A stretch of 54,192 nt of DNA from Callorhinchus milii (taxonomy: Eukaryota). The DNA lies in the NCBI RefSeq assembly GCF_018977255.1, contig NW_024705329.1, positions 1-54,192 on the forward strand, given 5' to 3'. The position numbers and the translations under genes were made by a program. Every line of letters starts with the position of its first letter. Position 1 is the stretch's first letter. This document shows, in pieces, positions 35,501-50,500 of this stretch. Under the pieces are notes generated by a model. The model made no database searches. It saw only the letters and a program-made list of their open reading frames with translations, and was not told the origin of the DNA.

Positions 35501-38500
35501 AACGAAACGATGAAAAGTATCCTTCCTCGCAGCGATAGGTGAGTCCACTAGCGGATTCGAAGCGGTGTTGGGGAGCTCAGCCACACGGAGAGAAGTGAGA
35601 CAACATATCAGTGGCAATCGACGTATTCAATCTAGTGTTATGAGATGGGTCCTGGAGTAAGGAACCGATTGCTGAGCCACGACCCAATTGAGATTATGAA
35701 GGGCCCGCAAAGATCCTAAAGTTTTCGGCCGCATTGCCTATAATAGGTCGTACATGAATCAGCTCGGTCTCGTATTCGGTTGACCTAATTCCCTAGGGAG
35801 GTAATCCGCAAAGCATCGATCCTGGTCGTCACAATTATCCAGTGTCATCCAGTCACCACCATGCTGTGATGATGAATACCATATATGGCAGCGACGAAGA
35901 TTAAAGAGGTAGAGCGGCCCTGGCACATGAAGCGATTAAGGTGACCATGCGTGCTTTTTAGTCCACTTTAGTTAGACAATCTGCCGCCGTCTTTAATGCC
36001 ATTCAGCGACAGCATTCGAAACTGCGTTTTTCGCGCTGGAAGCGGAGAGTTAATCCTGCCTTCAGATTCTAGCACGGAGATGATCATGAAGTACACAAAG
36101 CTGGGAAATTTTTGTGTCGTAATTCTATTACCGCGGCGAGTCCGATGGATGTCATTTCCATTCATGGGGGGGTACGCCCCGGTACAAATGGCTAAACGAG
36201 CGGCTCACGTCACTGCTGTAGCTGTACTAGACCACGACTGTGACACTCCTAGTCTAAGTTCTAGCTGGTCGATCAAAACCAATGAATTGCTAAACTAGGA
36301 AATACGCCTCTGCGGGGGCGCGGGGATAACACGCGGATCCTAACCCACATCCTGCATGACATTTCGTAGAGTCTTGATTTAATAAGGTGATGAAAGTACG
36401 TCTTCCCGTGCCGCCTGTACTCGGCCTATGCGGTCTAACACACTTCCTCTAAGTGCCCAGGGAAAGAAGTAAGCTTTTCGCGAGGACCCATTCGTATCAT
36501 ATAGAATCAACGAGCGCAGCACGACCCAGTAGTGGAGAAGAATCCACCTCTCATCGACCTGTAACCGGATGTTACTATGAAAGTGGTTGGCTGTCTTTAC
36601 AGGAGAATCAAGGGTCCTCTTGACAGCGATTCTGGATGGACTGGCGAGTGTCTGAGAGATAGTGAAAAGAGCACGAGTTCACTACCCCTAGGAGGTCAAA
36701 AGGGAACTGCTGTCCAGCTTCGTACCCCACTAATCCCGGTGATAGCTCCCAAGGGATCTCTTTGGCCAGGGTGAACATTGTAGTTGTGCTGATCCCACTC
36801 CGGTTTTTCCAGCTGGGTCGCGAATCGTGATTTTCCAGTTGGCGCTACGATATATAGCATCGCCGTCGTGGGAGACTAAATGAAGAGAAACCGATCATGC
36901 CCTCATGCCCTGATACTATCGCCATTTTAAAGTTCAGAAGTTAGTCACCGCATGAAGACCATTATCAGTAATGGAAGCTACGAGACGATTAAGTGATGGG
37001 GCCAAGTGACATTTACCGTTTCCACAGCGGCCCAACATCGAGTCGGAGGATTGCGTAAAAGTGTTTCGGGAATTGCCTTATAAGGACAAAATAGCCACGT
37101 TAAGAAGGATAGCCCTAGCAGACATCCCGATCTTGACACTGGTCTGGGCGATTGACACACCAAATAAAGCGGCTATCGTCTGAGGGGTGGTAATGAACCT
37201 GCGTGACGACTTGTACGCCTGCAACGCAAGGCCTGACAGTCAGTGCAGCGAGGCCGTTTTTTCAACAGCCGGTCTGCCTGCCGTTGGGCCCCGGCTACGA
37301 ACGGATGATCAGCAGGGTTATTGCGGATTGCTGGAAGCCCGTCTGAGGAAGACCCTAAAGTCGAGATTCGCGGCTAAGGGACAGAGCGTCGATAACTATT
37401 CTCGGTACCAAGTTTTGCGTTAGTCATGCTACGGGCGGCCTTCCGGGTGTGTACATATCACGGCGCAGATGCTGCGGCAGTCGGGAACCGAAGATAGGTG
37501 CATCCCTAATAAAGCTGCCTAAGCCGGGCAAGAGGCCGCTGATGAACTGAGTCGCGATATGACGCTCATCTTGAACACAGTTTAGAGTGGCTTTCGTTAT
37601 TCATCCGACTGCGGTCCAGACATAAATCGTGATCGTGTCTTCGGGTCTAGCTTGGAAAGGTCAGTGCGGCCCGTTAATTCGGGGTTCCCAAGCAGGTGCG
37701 ATTGGCTACATCGGGGGTAAGTCTCCCCGCTATGTTCTATGGTATGTGCGCTATCGCATTGCAAGGTCGGTCGTTGGACGTTCTACGATCGTTCGCTGCG
37801 ATCTGATTGCCGTTCGGGCTCATGCGATACGATCAATCTATGTGTGGCTTATGGGAAGCAGCCCACTATTGTTAATAGGATTGGAATGACCAGAATCGTT
37901 TCAAAAAGAATTGCAACTCCCTCGATCACGAACTGAACTCACTGGGACACTGTGATGTTGAGAGCCTTTTGGGGAACAAAATCGTGATAAATTCACGATC
38001 CCGCAGCCTCAGTCGTACAGCTCGAACAACACCTATACGGGATTGTTTCCGTTTCCGCGTGCGCGCAGACACTTTTACTGTCACACGGGCCTTAAAAGAA
38101 AACGTAATTATTCGGGAGACTCATCCGTGCCCACATCTCCGGTAACGGGGCTGCTGAAACAGTGAGGACGAGCGAGACGTCGCCTAGATTATATCTTGAG
38201 GCAACTAACCCTCTTTCCGTCTACAATTAGAGTACTTGATTCATAGTGAGGCTGCACCAACGCATAGGCAAGAAGACTCGCGGGCTATCTGACCACATAG
38301 GTTACGTATCACGATCCCGCTGCGCCTGGGGGCGGGATTATCCTCGTATACCTTTGAGCTGATCTCCAGCTTCGCAGTGTTCAGAATATTTACATGCCTT
38401 CCTTTAGAGACCAATCTAACGATAGTCAGCTCCCGCGGCTGGGATCCGGAGGGGCTGCATCCAGTGGAAGGCCGTGTAGTTGAAGTGAGCTTGGGGCTCA

Positions 38501-41500
38501 ACCATGTGCCGCTCCATATCAATTGAGGCACGGTCAACTTATGCGGGCGAGAGTAAGTAAGGCGGCAGCACATATTAAACTTACGAAGGCCTTAGGGTCT
38601 ACAGCTGAGCGAGTTCTTAGTCCCTTGCGCGGGGTAATGATAAATGTACGACCTGGTGGTACCATATAATATCGCTTAACGCCACACGCGTCATTCCCTC
38701 CCTGTGACGACTTAATTGTAGATGAGTAAGATTCTGTTGTCTTTTGCAGGCTAGATATAAATAGGGCAGAGACCGCTAGTCACAAGCAAGCGTAAACTAG
38801 GAACGGTGTGCTAAACTCACCTTACTGAGTCTAGCCCCTTTTGCTGGCACTAACGTAGCAATAATGTTACCGACAAGGGTGGTGTCAGCCGGTTTGCGAC
38901 CTATTAGTAACCAGGCCCGCGCCCGGCTCATATTCATCAGAAACTAATTAATCGGCGTGACAGGTAGAGAGAACTTTCCGAATTGGGGGAGTGTGTTCTG
39001 ACGGCGACGAGTTCATGGGGTCCCTATAGACCGTCTATATTGGTGATTTAGCCTAAACAGAGAAACATAATCTACTTCTGAAGTAATTCGGCAACCCTTA
39101 AAACAGTAGTCCGAGTTCTGCTACACTTATTCGGTCCGTCCCAGGAATATCTCCTGATCTGGAGATTCAGTTTTATACGCCTTTGCCAAGGGGACCTCTA
39201 TGGAGGCTGCCGTTCCGTTGAGAGCGATCGGCACATTGCTTTGGGAGGGAGGCCGTAAGCTTTCCCTTGCAAACAACAGTAGGCGCGACACCGTTGTGAG
39301 GACGTTGCTGTAGCCACACTAGTTATTTGCATCTGTTTAGAATCTCGCTCGTGCTGCAGGCACCCACGGTACTCGTCAGACTGACAATATATCCTAAGGT
39401 TAAACCATTCCATGACTACCGTATGGACGCTGTCACGGGGTGCTCCTACGGGACGACTAACGGCTGCGAATACCTATCCGCAGGCTCCAAGGGTGGTGCA
39501 AGCCGAGATCAGACAGCGGCAACCTACCGTGGAGGCGGAATTGCAGATTAACTTTACATGTACGACGCTGGCCGGTATTAGCGTTAGCGATTCAGCTCTG
39601 GTAGGATTACCCCGTGGCGAACTCCCCTAGCCGGAGATCAAGGGTAGTTCGGCTCCCGGAGAACACTGCCTCGCTTTCACGCAATAAGTGGATACAATCA
39701 TCGTCACGTCAAGTTGCAAGAATCTGTTTCTGTATACCGCTGATTGGTCCGGGTCTTAAAGTGAATCGCCGAAGCTAACCTAATATGACCCACAGCATGT
39801 TAATGAGGTACTAGGCGTTTCAAGGTCGGAACTACTTTTCTAAGGAGGTGATCGAGAGCCGGAGTAGAAACTAACGAGGACCCGCAAAGCCACAACATCG
39901 TCACAGTCAGACGTGCCAAAGGGGTTCTCCTTGTCGTGGTTCTCTCCGATGCGTTTCCACATGTTTCGACATGCGATCTAAAGGATGTGAACTACGCGGT
40001 TAGCGTCTCGCGACCATCACTCCCGGCTGAATTTCCTTGAGCCCATCAGAGAACTCTGCGCAACTAGTATCTCTACCTAGCGTAATTGGGCGGACACTGA
40101 GACGCGCCTTCCATGTTTTGGGGGCAGTCAGACAGCGCTACCTCTCGGACGACCGCGTCGACGTCAAATCAAAGTGACAGGTCCGTCGTGCACGTGCGCC
40201 AAGCGGAACATTGGAGTGCCCATGAGCACAACCATTCATCAAGCCGTGTTCCACGTTCGGATCTCTCAGCCTCTACAGCGGCAGGATCAGCGGCCAAAAG
40301 ATGGCAATAACTCGAAGCGTGTCTCCAAGAACTTACTTTATCCAACTTCATTGATTAAATTTCAAGACCTAGGTTCGGCTATCTGGCGTGGCGCGCAAAA
40401 GGAAACCGTGGGATATTCAAGAGTGATCTGCACTCCTAGATTTGTCGCTCGAGGTCCGCATAGATAGATATGACCAAATGTCAGCGTGACGCGACCTGAC
40501 TCACTTATAAGCCATGATCAACAAGGCTCCCGTGCAGTCCGTTGCCGTACAGGTATCTTGGTCTGCTAATTCGGCATTGTTTACAAGAGCAAGTGAGTAG
40601 GACCTCTTTACATCTGAGCAATCGCCCGAAGAGATTTACGTTGGACCGCAACTTCATTAGGAAAAGGGATCGGTGGAATCAGTGGTGCATAGATAAACTA
40701 GGGGGCCACCACATAATGTCGTTTACGCCAGTGACGCAATCCACCCAGCAGTGGTCTAATACCTCTGTTGTATGATCAATCTATAGAGCATTGCGGTAAC
40801 GAGTGCAAAAGTTATGTCGAGGATGAGCTTACTGGTATAGAATACGCGGTGTGGAACGGCCTCAAACCAAGTTAGTATCAGATGACACTAACCATTGGCT
40901 ATTCCGGATCTTTTAGATGGATAAAATACGAAATCTTTCAGAACGAATCCTTAGAGTACGTCTCCTGGCTGGAGCGTCAATCTCTAAGGTAGGCTAGCGG
41001 GACCGCGATCGTGCGACTTGACTAGAACAATGAGGGCAATTAGAAGTGTCATCAATTATATGGCTAGGTTATTTTATTATCAAAAGAATCCCATGTGGTG
41101 AAGCTATACTCGTTGTATACTCGAGAGTCCCTTGGTCAATCCTACGTTCTCGTCCTCGGTCTATTCGCCCTGATTAGGGAAGCATGCGCCCGCTAGAGTG
41201 GAGGAATGTTTAATGAGAAGAGTTCGGGGAATGGGAGTACCACGGCGTCGGTCCGGGCTTCTAACTAAAACCCCTAACGAGCAGGTGGAGTACATATTAG
41301 CCTATTTAGTACTACGCCGCGAACAGCTTGCGAGTGGGTGATAGGCTCAGCGTAGACGGAATGGCCTCGAACCTACCTATGGGTGTTAACCCGCCCAGGG
41401 CCTCACGGGGTGTTTAATCATCTCACGGTGGTTTCCTCAGGCCCGTACCTAAATTTACTACGGAGAAGGCGGACGTTAGAGAGCAGTCGCCGAGCTAGGG

Positions 41501-44500
41501 AGGGTACCGGTATAGCACCGGACTAGGCAGTAGAGACTGTCTAACGTACCCTAAGTGTAATCAAGGATCATTAATCAGTGTCCAACCTTAGGCAGTCGGC
41601 GCACATTATTGTGCCGGGCCTAGCTAGCACGCAGGTACCCAGTCGAGACTTAACTTCAAACAAGTGGTAATGACGAGGTGTGAAGGGTTTCCAAACAACC
41701 GATCAATCGATACGCTCACCGGTAACTTGATACTCTGGTAAGGAAAGATTTCAGCAGAGCAGATCGTTCGCAGAGATATCCGATCACGAGCCGATAAGGC
41801 GATAACCTGAATGGTAGTAGGATTGAATAGTTATCATGATTATGGGGTGCAGATGTTGGTTTTAGTTGAGGAAATGAACTAAGACCCCGCTGGGGGTCTC
41901 AACGATTCGGGTCTGATGTTGGTCCACGCTGGTACTAGTGGTCGCGCCAGCATCAGTGTCCCGCCCGGGAGACCCACGAAACACAGGTGCGGTTAAGGTT
42001 GGAACGATTAATCATGATGGGCCTACGCAACATGGGCCGTACTCGATGGACGCAGCAGGAGAGCCCGCTGTAACGGGACTATACTTCAATTCGGGATTAA
42101 AGAGGTGGTGAAGAGCGCAATATCGGTCCCACTTGATAGTGGATCGGGATACGACAATTGTGTGTCGAGTAAGATTGTAGAGCGCGCTAATCAAGCCTAC
42201 CAGACTACCATCCTAGCTACTGCGCGATCAAGCGGGCGTCTAATTGGTTGGCTTTCTCCGCGGGAGTCAAATAAGGGTCTGGGTCGCGAAACGGCACTCC
42301 AATATGGGCAAAGAGCAACATATAGCGATTGGACAGTCTTGCCTTCACAAAGAGTAGCACAGTTAAGCGTACAGCGGTAAGCCGCCATCTCAATGTTGAG
42401 TTGTTACGAGCTGTAAGTGCCGCATGTGACACGCATATACGCGAGATTCAGAAATTGCCGTCGGTCTCCAGGCCATCCTAGACTTACAGCCTACGCCAGG
42501 CTGGAGTTTCCAGCCCCGCCAAAGGGCGCAAGGAGTAGATACACAGGAAAATTGCAAAGTGTGATTTGCCTGGTCCTCTGCGCGAGCCTCCTGATTTTCA
42601 CTTGATAGAAGGTGTAATCAAGGAAGCATGCAAACTACGAACAGTAACAATTCTTGTTCTAATGGCGCGACCGGAGTCGTAGGTTCATCCACCGGGACAT
42701 TGAATAGCAGAATAGCGTTATGAGAGGGGATAGCGTCAGATCCTATAAGTGGCGCGATCAGCAATGTTAATGCGAAATCTCCATCATACGGGGGCTATAC
42801 CAATCGGAAAGGCGAAGACCGTATTACATGTTGAACGCTTATACGAGGATTGGCGGCGTGAGTCAGTTCCGATGACAAAGTAGGGATGATAGGAGAGTGC
42901 AGCAGGCTTTTTAGTATCTGAGAGATTCATGATGCACAGCAGATTGCGAAGAATTACTTCGCGCGGACGCAACGTTGGAATATCTGAATTAATGCACGCT
43001 TGTGTCCCTTACACGAAAGTTAGAAGGCGTGGCGCTGGACATCCCCAGCCTGTCGGGAAAGCCTCGAACGATTACGGCAGATGCTGACTGCGACAACACG
43101 TGAATGCATGGCGACACGGGTGACGCTTATGAACAGGGAGTGTATCTCAGTCACCGGGTGACGGTGTGCTAAAAACTACCTTTGCTGAGATCGAAGTCTA
43201 AGACATATATATGCACTCCTCGAAGTTGTAACGGAAAACTTACGTCGAGAACGATTCCGGAGGGGTGCCCGCGTGCATGGTCGTAGCCTCACTCACCATT
43301 ACCCTCTCGCTTATGCGATCAGCAAGTCGTGTGTAGAACCAAGAAATAGAGCCACAAAAAAGGGGTATTCTTGCGCGAATAACCGTGGTTGGGGCACATG
43401 ATTCGTTGAAAAGCCGTAGACATACGCGAGGGGGGCTCGGACGACCGCAATTTTTAAGAGCAATAACGTCTAGCCTTGGAGCCAGTGCAGACAACGCCCT
43501 GTGGTTTGTTTGATTAAGCGACCCGCCGCTAAATTCAGACGTCGTAGCCGGGGAACAAAGTTAGTAGACGTGACTCCCCATTTCTCCCATGCAGTAAACA
43601 AGCCTTGATACGGCGGTTTAGTAACTTTAACTAATAATCTCTTAAGGCCAGGAATTATGCTCATCTGTACTACGCTTGGTCTGTCAAAGATCCAGTTTTC
43701 TAGTGTTTGACATCAAAGTTTTTAACCTCGGAGTCCACCCGATAGCAGCGTGATGATGCCAGGTGCGTCTGGGTAAGCACGTGACTGAGCAAGTCTTCTA
43801 CTTTATAACTGGCGCACCAAAGAGAAGGTAATATAGACGCGCTCGCTTACCATAATCTTAAAGTGCATACCACCCCCCCTGCGCATTTCAGCCCCTACGA
43901 TCCGCAGGTGAAGAGTACGGTGTGAAGGGCCCCTTCAGGCATATAGCCAGAGGTTAACCTTAATTGTACTCGTAGCCGACAGAGTCGTAGGTCGGTTCTG
44001 ATTTACCGCAATCTAGACTGGTATTAGTCAAATTCTGTGAACCCTTGAGTTACCTTAGGGACAGCCCCTTGGCATCGCTCTGAAGACCGGCACCCCATCA
44101 TATCGTGGTACATTGTGCAGGCGAAAGTAAACTGCGAACCACAGTAAGACTATTCACTCAAAATTTAGATTTATGTAACGTTCGCTGCTCAGCTATAGAA
44201 CGCTATCCCCGAAGTGTAATATTGGAACACTACTAAGAACATGTGAACCTCTTATATAACATGCAATGTTACCAGCCGCAGTATGTACGGGCAACAGAGG
44301 AAAGAGAGGTCGTTTAGCGAAGCGGAGTTGCGCTGAGGGTCCTGAAATAAACCGTTAACGGCGGTCCGCTCCTGAGGATCGCTCTGCCAGCACGAGACAG
44401 GTTTGTGCACGTGGAACCAATGAGCCAAGCATCGCCCATACACCGCACGGGCGGGTACAGTGCGGGCACTGTCCCATAGTAAGGGCATTACGTCTATGTG

Positions 44501-47500
44501 GACTAAGTTGCTCGGTTTGGAGTTGGGCCAAAACTGCCAAGCTGTCTGTCATTAATATTGGACTTCGGTCAGACAACACATGATGCACCGTCTAGATTGA
44601 TAGTTATGTATGATTTGTTTTGGAGGGAATGTGAACTCCAGGTCCTGCCCTCTCCTTTCAGAGATTTCGTCCCCGCATATGGTCGGCCATCTTGAATGCA
44701 AAGAACCGTGGCACAATTTGAGTAAAGATACTGGAAGGTGAATCGAAACGCCGATACCAGTCCGCGAATCGACCAATTAGGTTTGTACTCAAAGCAACGC
44801 GCAGCGTACTAAATTTGTTTTTCGGCAAAAAGTCTCAGTGGTCCCACGAGCTCCTGAACGCACGTTATCCGCCTCAACTCCATCAGGTTAACCTCCTCGC
44901 CTTGGGAGATCGAAGTAGGCCAATTTTGGCGTTGGAAGCCCTATACGGCCCCATCGTATGGGGGCCTTGAGGCGTTCCGGTGGTTCATCAGCTCTAATAC
45001 TGGTGATAAAGTGGGTAACTAAATAAGAGGGCAATAAGGACCATTGCCCTGTGGTGCCGTCTTGTGCGGTTTGCAGCGTCCAGACTGCTCACCCTTCTGT
45101 GGGAGGTCTCTAGAGACCCTTACGCATGTGTCTCTCTACCGTGAGTGCATGGCCAGGAACTTTAAACTAAGCTCCTGGTAGGCCTGAGTTCCTAGGGGTT
45201 AGGCGCTGGTTCCACGGATGAGATTTAAGCTGCGGGTGGAACAACAGCGACCCAGCTAAATGTGTGCTAAGATAGAACGCACTAGTAACGGACTTTGTGT
45301 GCAGGAAAAGACGTAATGTAGTAGGTTTCTGCGCAATTTGCACGTACGTCATGACTCGAGCGAGATTACATAAAGTCTCGCGCTGTTTTTAGGGCAATGA
45401 TGTATATAAGTGATTTCATGCCAGTGAATTCAATCAGCTCGGTAAAATCGCCAGCGTCGTAAGGACCCCCGTGATCCAGCTCAGCAGTATAACCTCTAGA
45501 ATGAACTGACTCAAGAAGTTGTCAGTCGTTGGGCCGAACTATCTATTTTGCGAGCTCGAAGGACTAACCGATATGGGACATGTTCAACGCAGTTGTTGTC
45601 AGCGTCCGATTAATAGCGGTACTTTAGGGTTGCGGTGCGACTCATGTATTCCTGATCGGCATTGCTTATTGACTAGAAGGCCGATGTTGAGACTGACTTG
45701 CCTTCGTTCCTGCTGCCAGGTAGCTGCGTCCTCCTACACGTCCGTAGGACTCCGCCCTAGTCTCTATAACACCATCTCCAATGCCTGGCAAGGCTTCTGG
45801 GTGCTTAGCAAAAGAAGGGCCTATAGAGAGCTGGTGAATATAAACATTGCGTAAGGGGTCCTAGCATAGTAATTATGGCCCAACGTGGAAAGAGGGTTTC
45901 ATGTGACCCCCGGACAAGCCAGGCGGGGGCTCTCGTCAGGGTCGCATATGCTCACCTATAACATTGGCTTCGACAATAAGATGGTTAACTATTATAGCAG
46001 TTCTCGTGCCCGAATTATTAAAATCTTGGATCGCAAGCGAGAGAAGCTACGTCTCCATAGAGGGGTGACGAAAGTCGCAAACCGAGTCAAACAGTTTTAA
46101 ACGAAGGCCTAACCTAGGCTTTCACGAACGCTTTAGCTTCACGGCTCAGTTAAATCGCGTTCTAGGAATGTATGCAATAAGAGCGTACCAGCGTCGTACC
46201 AACGCATACGTCTGCATAGGACGGCTAAATACATGGTGTCAGCGATAGCGAAAACCAATTGTCGAGCTGAAGTTAAGATACAAACGGAGCATACAGTTGG
46301 CTCAATCGGACAAGGCGTGCGCACGGAAAATAATTATCCCTTTCGACCTTGGGCTTGGAGATACTCTGTAGGGCGGCTGTTATGATGTGGGGCAAAAGGA
46401 CACTGGGGTTATATAGTTCGGGTGAAAGTTACGGGTTCACGAGGACGCTGGAGGAGCGGAACTAGTGCGCCTACACGTCCTTGAGTACTGCAGTGAAATC
46501 AGCACGAAATAATGCCTTCGACAGTCGCGTGAGCATCATTGTGTGTTGCGTTAATGCTGTAAATTGTACTATGGTACTGCCCGTTATAATTCGGTAAGGT
46601 CTTGCAGGCGCTAGAGCTCTCTCAAGAAAAGCAGTCAAATCCACCAACGCCTCTAAGTAAAGTCTTAAAGTGTCCATACTACTAGGGAGAGACGACTGGT
46701 AGCGCAGGAATATAAGATTATGTCGCACGGAATGTGAACAGCTTAACACTGTGGCCAGACGTGTGGAAAAAGTTCAACGCAGTCTACCTGTACATTGGAA
46801 ATAAACTACGAGGACCTTACACGTTCGTCAATAAGAGCACATTTCAAGATCGCTAAAAAGATTGGTTTGCGGGGAGAAGGCAACATGGCGATAGAGTTCC
46901 CAGAATAGGGTTCACATATTCAGATAAGCCGTATCAGTGTCAACCCCTAAGTGCCATTAATCGCTTGCCTTTACAACTTTAAATTTACGCTGCGTATGGT
47001 GGTGCCTCCTAATAGTTATCCTACTTCATCTTTATACCCATAGCTGGAACATATCAATGGCGACGGTCTGAGGTAACTTTGAGCTAAGCCTTCGGTAGGT
47101 GTTTACTTCGCGAGTAAAAGTGAATCAGACACTACCAATGAGACGGACAGGCGTCTCGGCCTGCCGCGTAACAATTGATGGATCCGATCAGGGGCAGGTG
47201 CCGAGTTTAGGGAGTGTCCTAGACTCTACTCACGTGGTATCTAATAATTGGGTGGAGCGAACCCAACCAGCACCGGTATGGTGTCTAGCTCAGACCTATG
47301 TCTGGTTCCTTCGAATCAGCACAATCGGACTATGAGTAGATGTATAGTACGGGGTTATGAGGAACCCAGAATCTCTGGTTGTAGTCATTAGGGGTCCCAG
47401 AGGGGAGGGAACATAATTCGTCAGAGCAAGAAGTGTCATCTACATATAATTTGATCCTACGTTTTATTACTCGCACGGGCCATCTTCCCATTCATCAATG

Positions 47501-50500
47501 AGTTTCGGCAAATCGGGCTAGATAATATAGCTTAGGCAAATCCCCTGTGACCCACCAGTTAATTCTGCTCTCATACTACAGGACGGTCGCGCAGACTACA
47601 CAATACCCAGTAAAGTAGTGTGGCATACAATTACACTTGTGGCCACGGGTTAGGTGTTCGAGCGAAGACGCGCCCGTTTGGAGGTTGAAGGATTTGAGGG
47701 CATACCGGTACAAAAGTTGTAAGTGTTGTTTGAGCCGCCCCGCGTTCCCTGCAGGATCCTTAAGGCTCCTACGGCTTCTCGAGTGGATGATGAACACCAA
47801 AATAGTGGGGCGCTGTGCAGGCTGTTATAAAACTAAGGTCTTTGGTCAAAGCAGTAGGTGTCCTACAGTGAATACACGCCCATCGTTGTGCTAAGCGCAT
47901 CGCCGGCAGTTCCCTCCCTCTAATTTTATCGCTCGGAAAGCAGGCTCACTCAGACTCGTGGCACTGTCGGTGGCACCCGATTTACAAACACTCCTCCGGC
48001 CCGGGCCGGACTAACCGAAGATTAAACCTAATGGTGAGCTCTGATAATATCACTGAGTATTTTGGGCCGTACAAAATTCATTGAGCCATTGCTGTCTCAA
48101 CACCTGTGTTCTCAACATAGGGCGCCACCATGTTGCCCGTCGGAATTTGAACAGGGTACAAGTGATGAGCTACCCTTACTGGGATCATTGCTGCGCTGTA
48201 CCCGGCATGTAGTTCCATTCCGTAGCTTAGTTAGGCACTGTTGTTTTCCGCCTATGACGGCTTTCTACGCAGTTACCTACAGGCGTTACCGTATTTTTGA
48301 ATTTCGCAGCCACTCAATTCATTGGGACTCAAACAATGATAGCCATCGTACATAGATCTGAGGCGGGCTCCATACTTGGGCCGCGCAGAAAATGGAGAGG
48401 CTGATGGTCGGGTGGTGCCCCTTAGCTCATGGCGAGCGAGGCCGATCCACTACCGGGCCGTCGACGTTTTGCCCTAGTCCGTTGGCCAGCACGATCCATT
48501 GAGTGCCATTCATTGCACGTTCAGCCGGGTTTAACACAGCATGCGGTTTTGCCCGGCCGAAGTGAATTAAGGTTGCGCTCATAGTATAACTGACACCTCT
48601 GAGTCCTCCGTTGTTTGACTCCCCTCGATGTTAGTCTGCACATCCCCGATAGTGATACCACCAGAACCTTTGCACTAATGGAATCGCAAAATCCCATCTT
48701 GGTACGAATTGACTTGGCTATTTCCTAATAGGCTGCTATTTAGTGAGGGAAATGTAGATGCTAAATTAAGCTACCTGAGAGCAGCCTCCCATTGTTCAAC
48801 TTGATGGTAAGCGCCAGGCCGCCTTAGATCGCCTAGGACGATTGCTCCTAGAATCTTCCTAACCACGCAGATCATCAGCATGTGGTAGGCAGAGCTTGAG
48901 GTATGTCGTTTGTTCCCCGCGTATGCTCGACAGATAACTTAACTCAATGTTTGATTGTGCCGACTTGACGTATATACCACCGAGTTCTATCGGGGAAATC
49001 GCTTTTACATCCAAAGTTCACAACACGTTACGTGGCTGAAGAAGCCTGGTTCGTGCATACCCATAGTCTGAAGTAGATACGTTCCGAGCAGTCGGACCAT
49101 GGCTTAGATCAAGGGTTGACCAGACTTGATTCTGGATTCAAAGTTACAGCAACAGCGACATAAATTGCATTCATCTACATTTTCGTCTTATACGGTCGCA
49201 TTATTGTTTTGATTTAGCGTTCCGCCCTCTAAAAAGGGACTGGCCGAATATTAAAAATTTTTTTGCTCATAAAATAAATCAACACATTCTTGAAGGGTGC
49301 ATTCGCTCCCTATTCGAACATAGAGGTTGTTAAATGTGGTTTCGTGTCGCTCAACCCACAAAATAGGGATAAAACTTTAGAGCTCTAGTCAAATCGAATG
49401 TCAAAAAGGCTCACGACGTATTGCAGCGTGGGAAAACGACTCTCGGTTAACATGCCGGAGAAGCTTGCGTGTACCATTTAGACCCGCGAACGTGTCTAGT
49501 ACGCAACCACTAGCTTCAGCGACTTATACAGTCACTGCCGGGAATTACCCCCTCGGGTGTTTCATGAAAAGTTCTATTGTGCCGGCCTAGTTAAGTTCAG
49601 GAGTCATCTGTTACTAGACTGTCAACCGCCGGAGATGAAGCCCGGTAGACGATCAACGCAGTGAAAACGTTAGGGCAAGCGGCCCAGCACATTGAATCTG
49701 TCCAAACTGCTTTCACAAAGGGGACGGTACAGATCATACAGCATTGCAACTAAACATTGGCCAACGTGTTTGCGGTTCAACTGTGAAACAATAAAGGATC
49801 TAGGAGCACGCTGTTATGCGTGAAGAGAAAACCCAACGCGGTTTTTGTAATACCGATGCATTGCTATAGTTACTAAGTTGTAGACTGGCCCTGCGTTGCG
49901 CTAGCGAGGCTCGAGGTAGATACTTCATAGGGACCGGGCCGTTAACGGCCTGCGGCCTTCAGTCTGAACAACAGCCACGTCAAAATGTAATCGCAATATA
50001 TCCTGCGTGGCACATTTTATACCGGGCTGCTGCTCACCAATCAAAGTCAAAGGCACCGTCCCCAAGGGCAAGATGATCTCCCTTATGTCATTAGGCTCTA
50101 ACCGTTGTCTGGCTACATCGACGCCTCGGGGCCAAGAAGCACCATCTGCCCAAAGGCTATAAGAGGTATATTCAGGATGCTCTTTTTACAAAAAGATCCC
50201 CTGTGGTGCAATAAGAAACAAATCATGCACTGATTAAGCAAAGAAATAATCATATGCTGGCCGTCTCGAAGGTGGGAACCCGATTGATCCCGCTTTGATA
50301 CAAATCTGATCCCCCTAACGGAAATGCCGGTCCAAACATGAGGGCCGCTCACCCCGCATCGGCACGTTTACGACCACATTACTCAGGACGTACATCCAAA
50401 GGGGAGCGTACTGGATCAATGTGTCACTGATCTCCTATACTACCTTGGAGTGAGTCGATAAATTCGCGTTCCCAAATCACCTCGAGGGCGCAGTGAAGGC

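Noticed and set aside
49937..49950. 14-bp palindrome GGCCGTTAACGGCC, and short hairpins near 41883 and 44947
   Set aside because: About two 14-bp palindromes are expected by chance in 36 kb (4^-7 per position).
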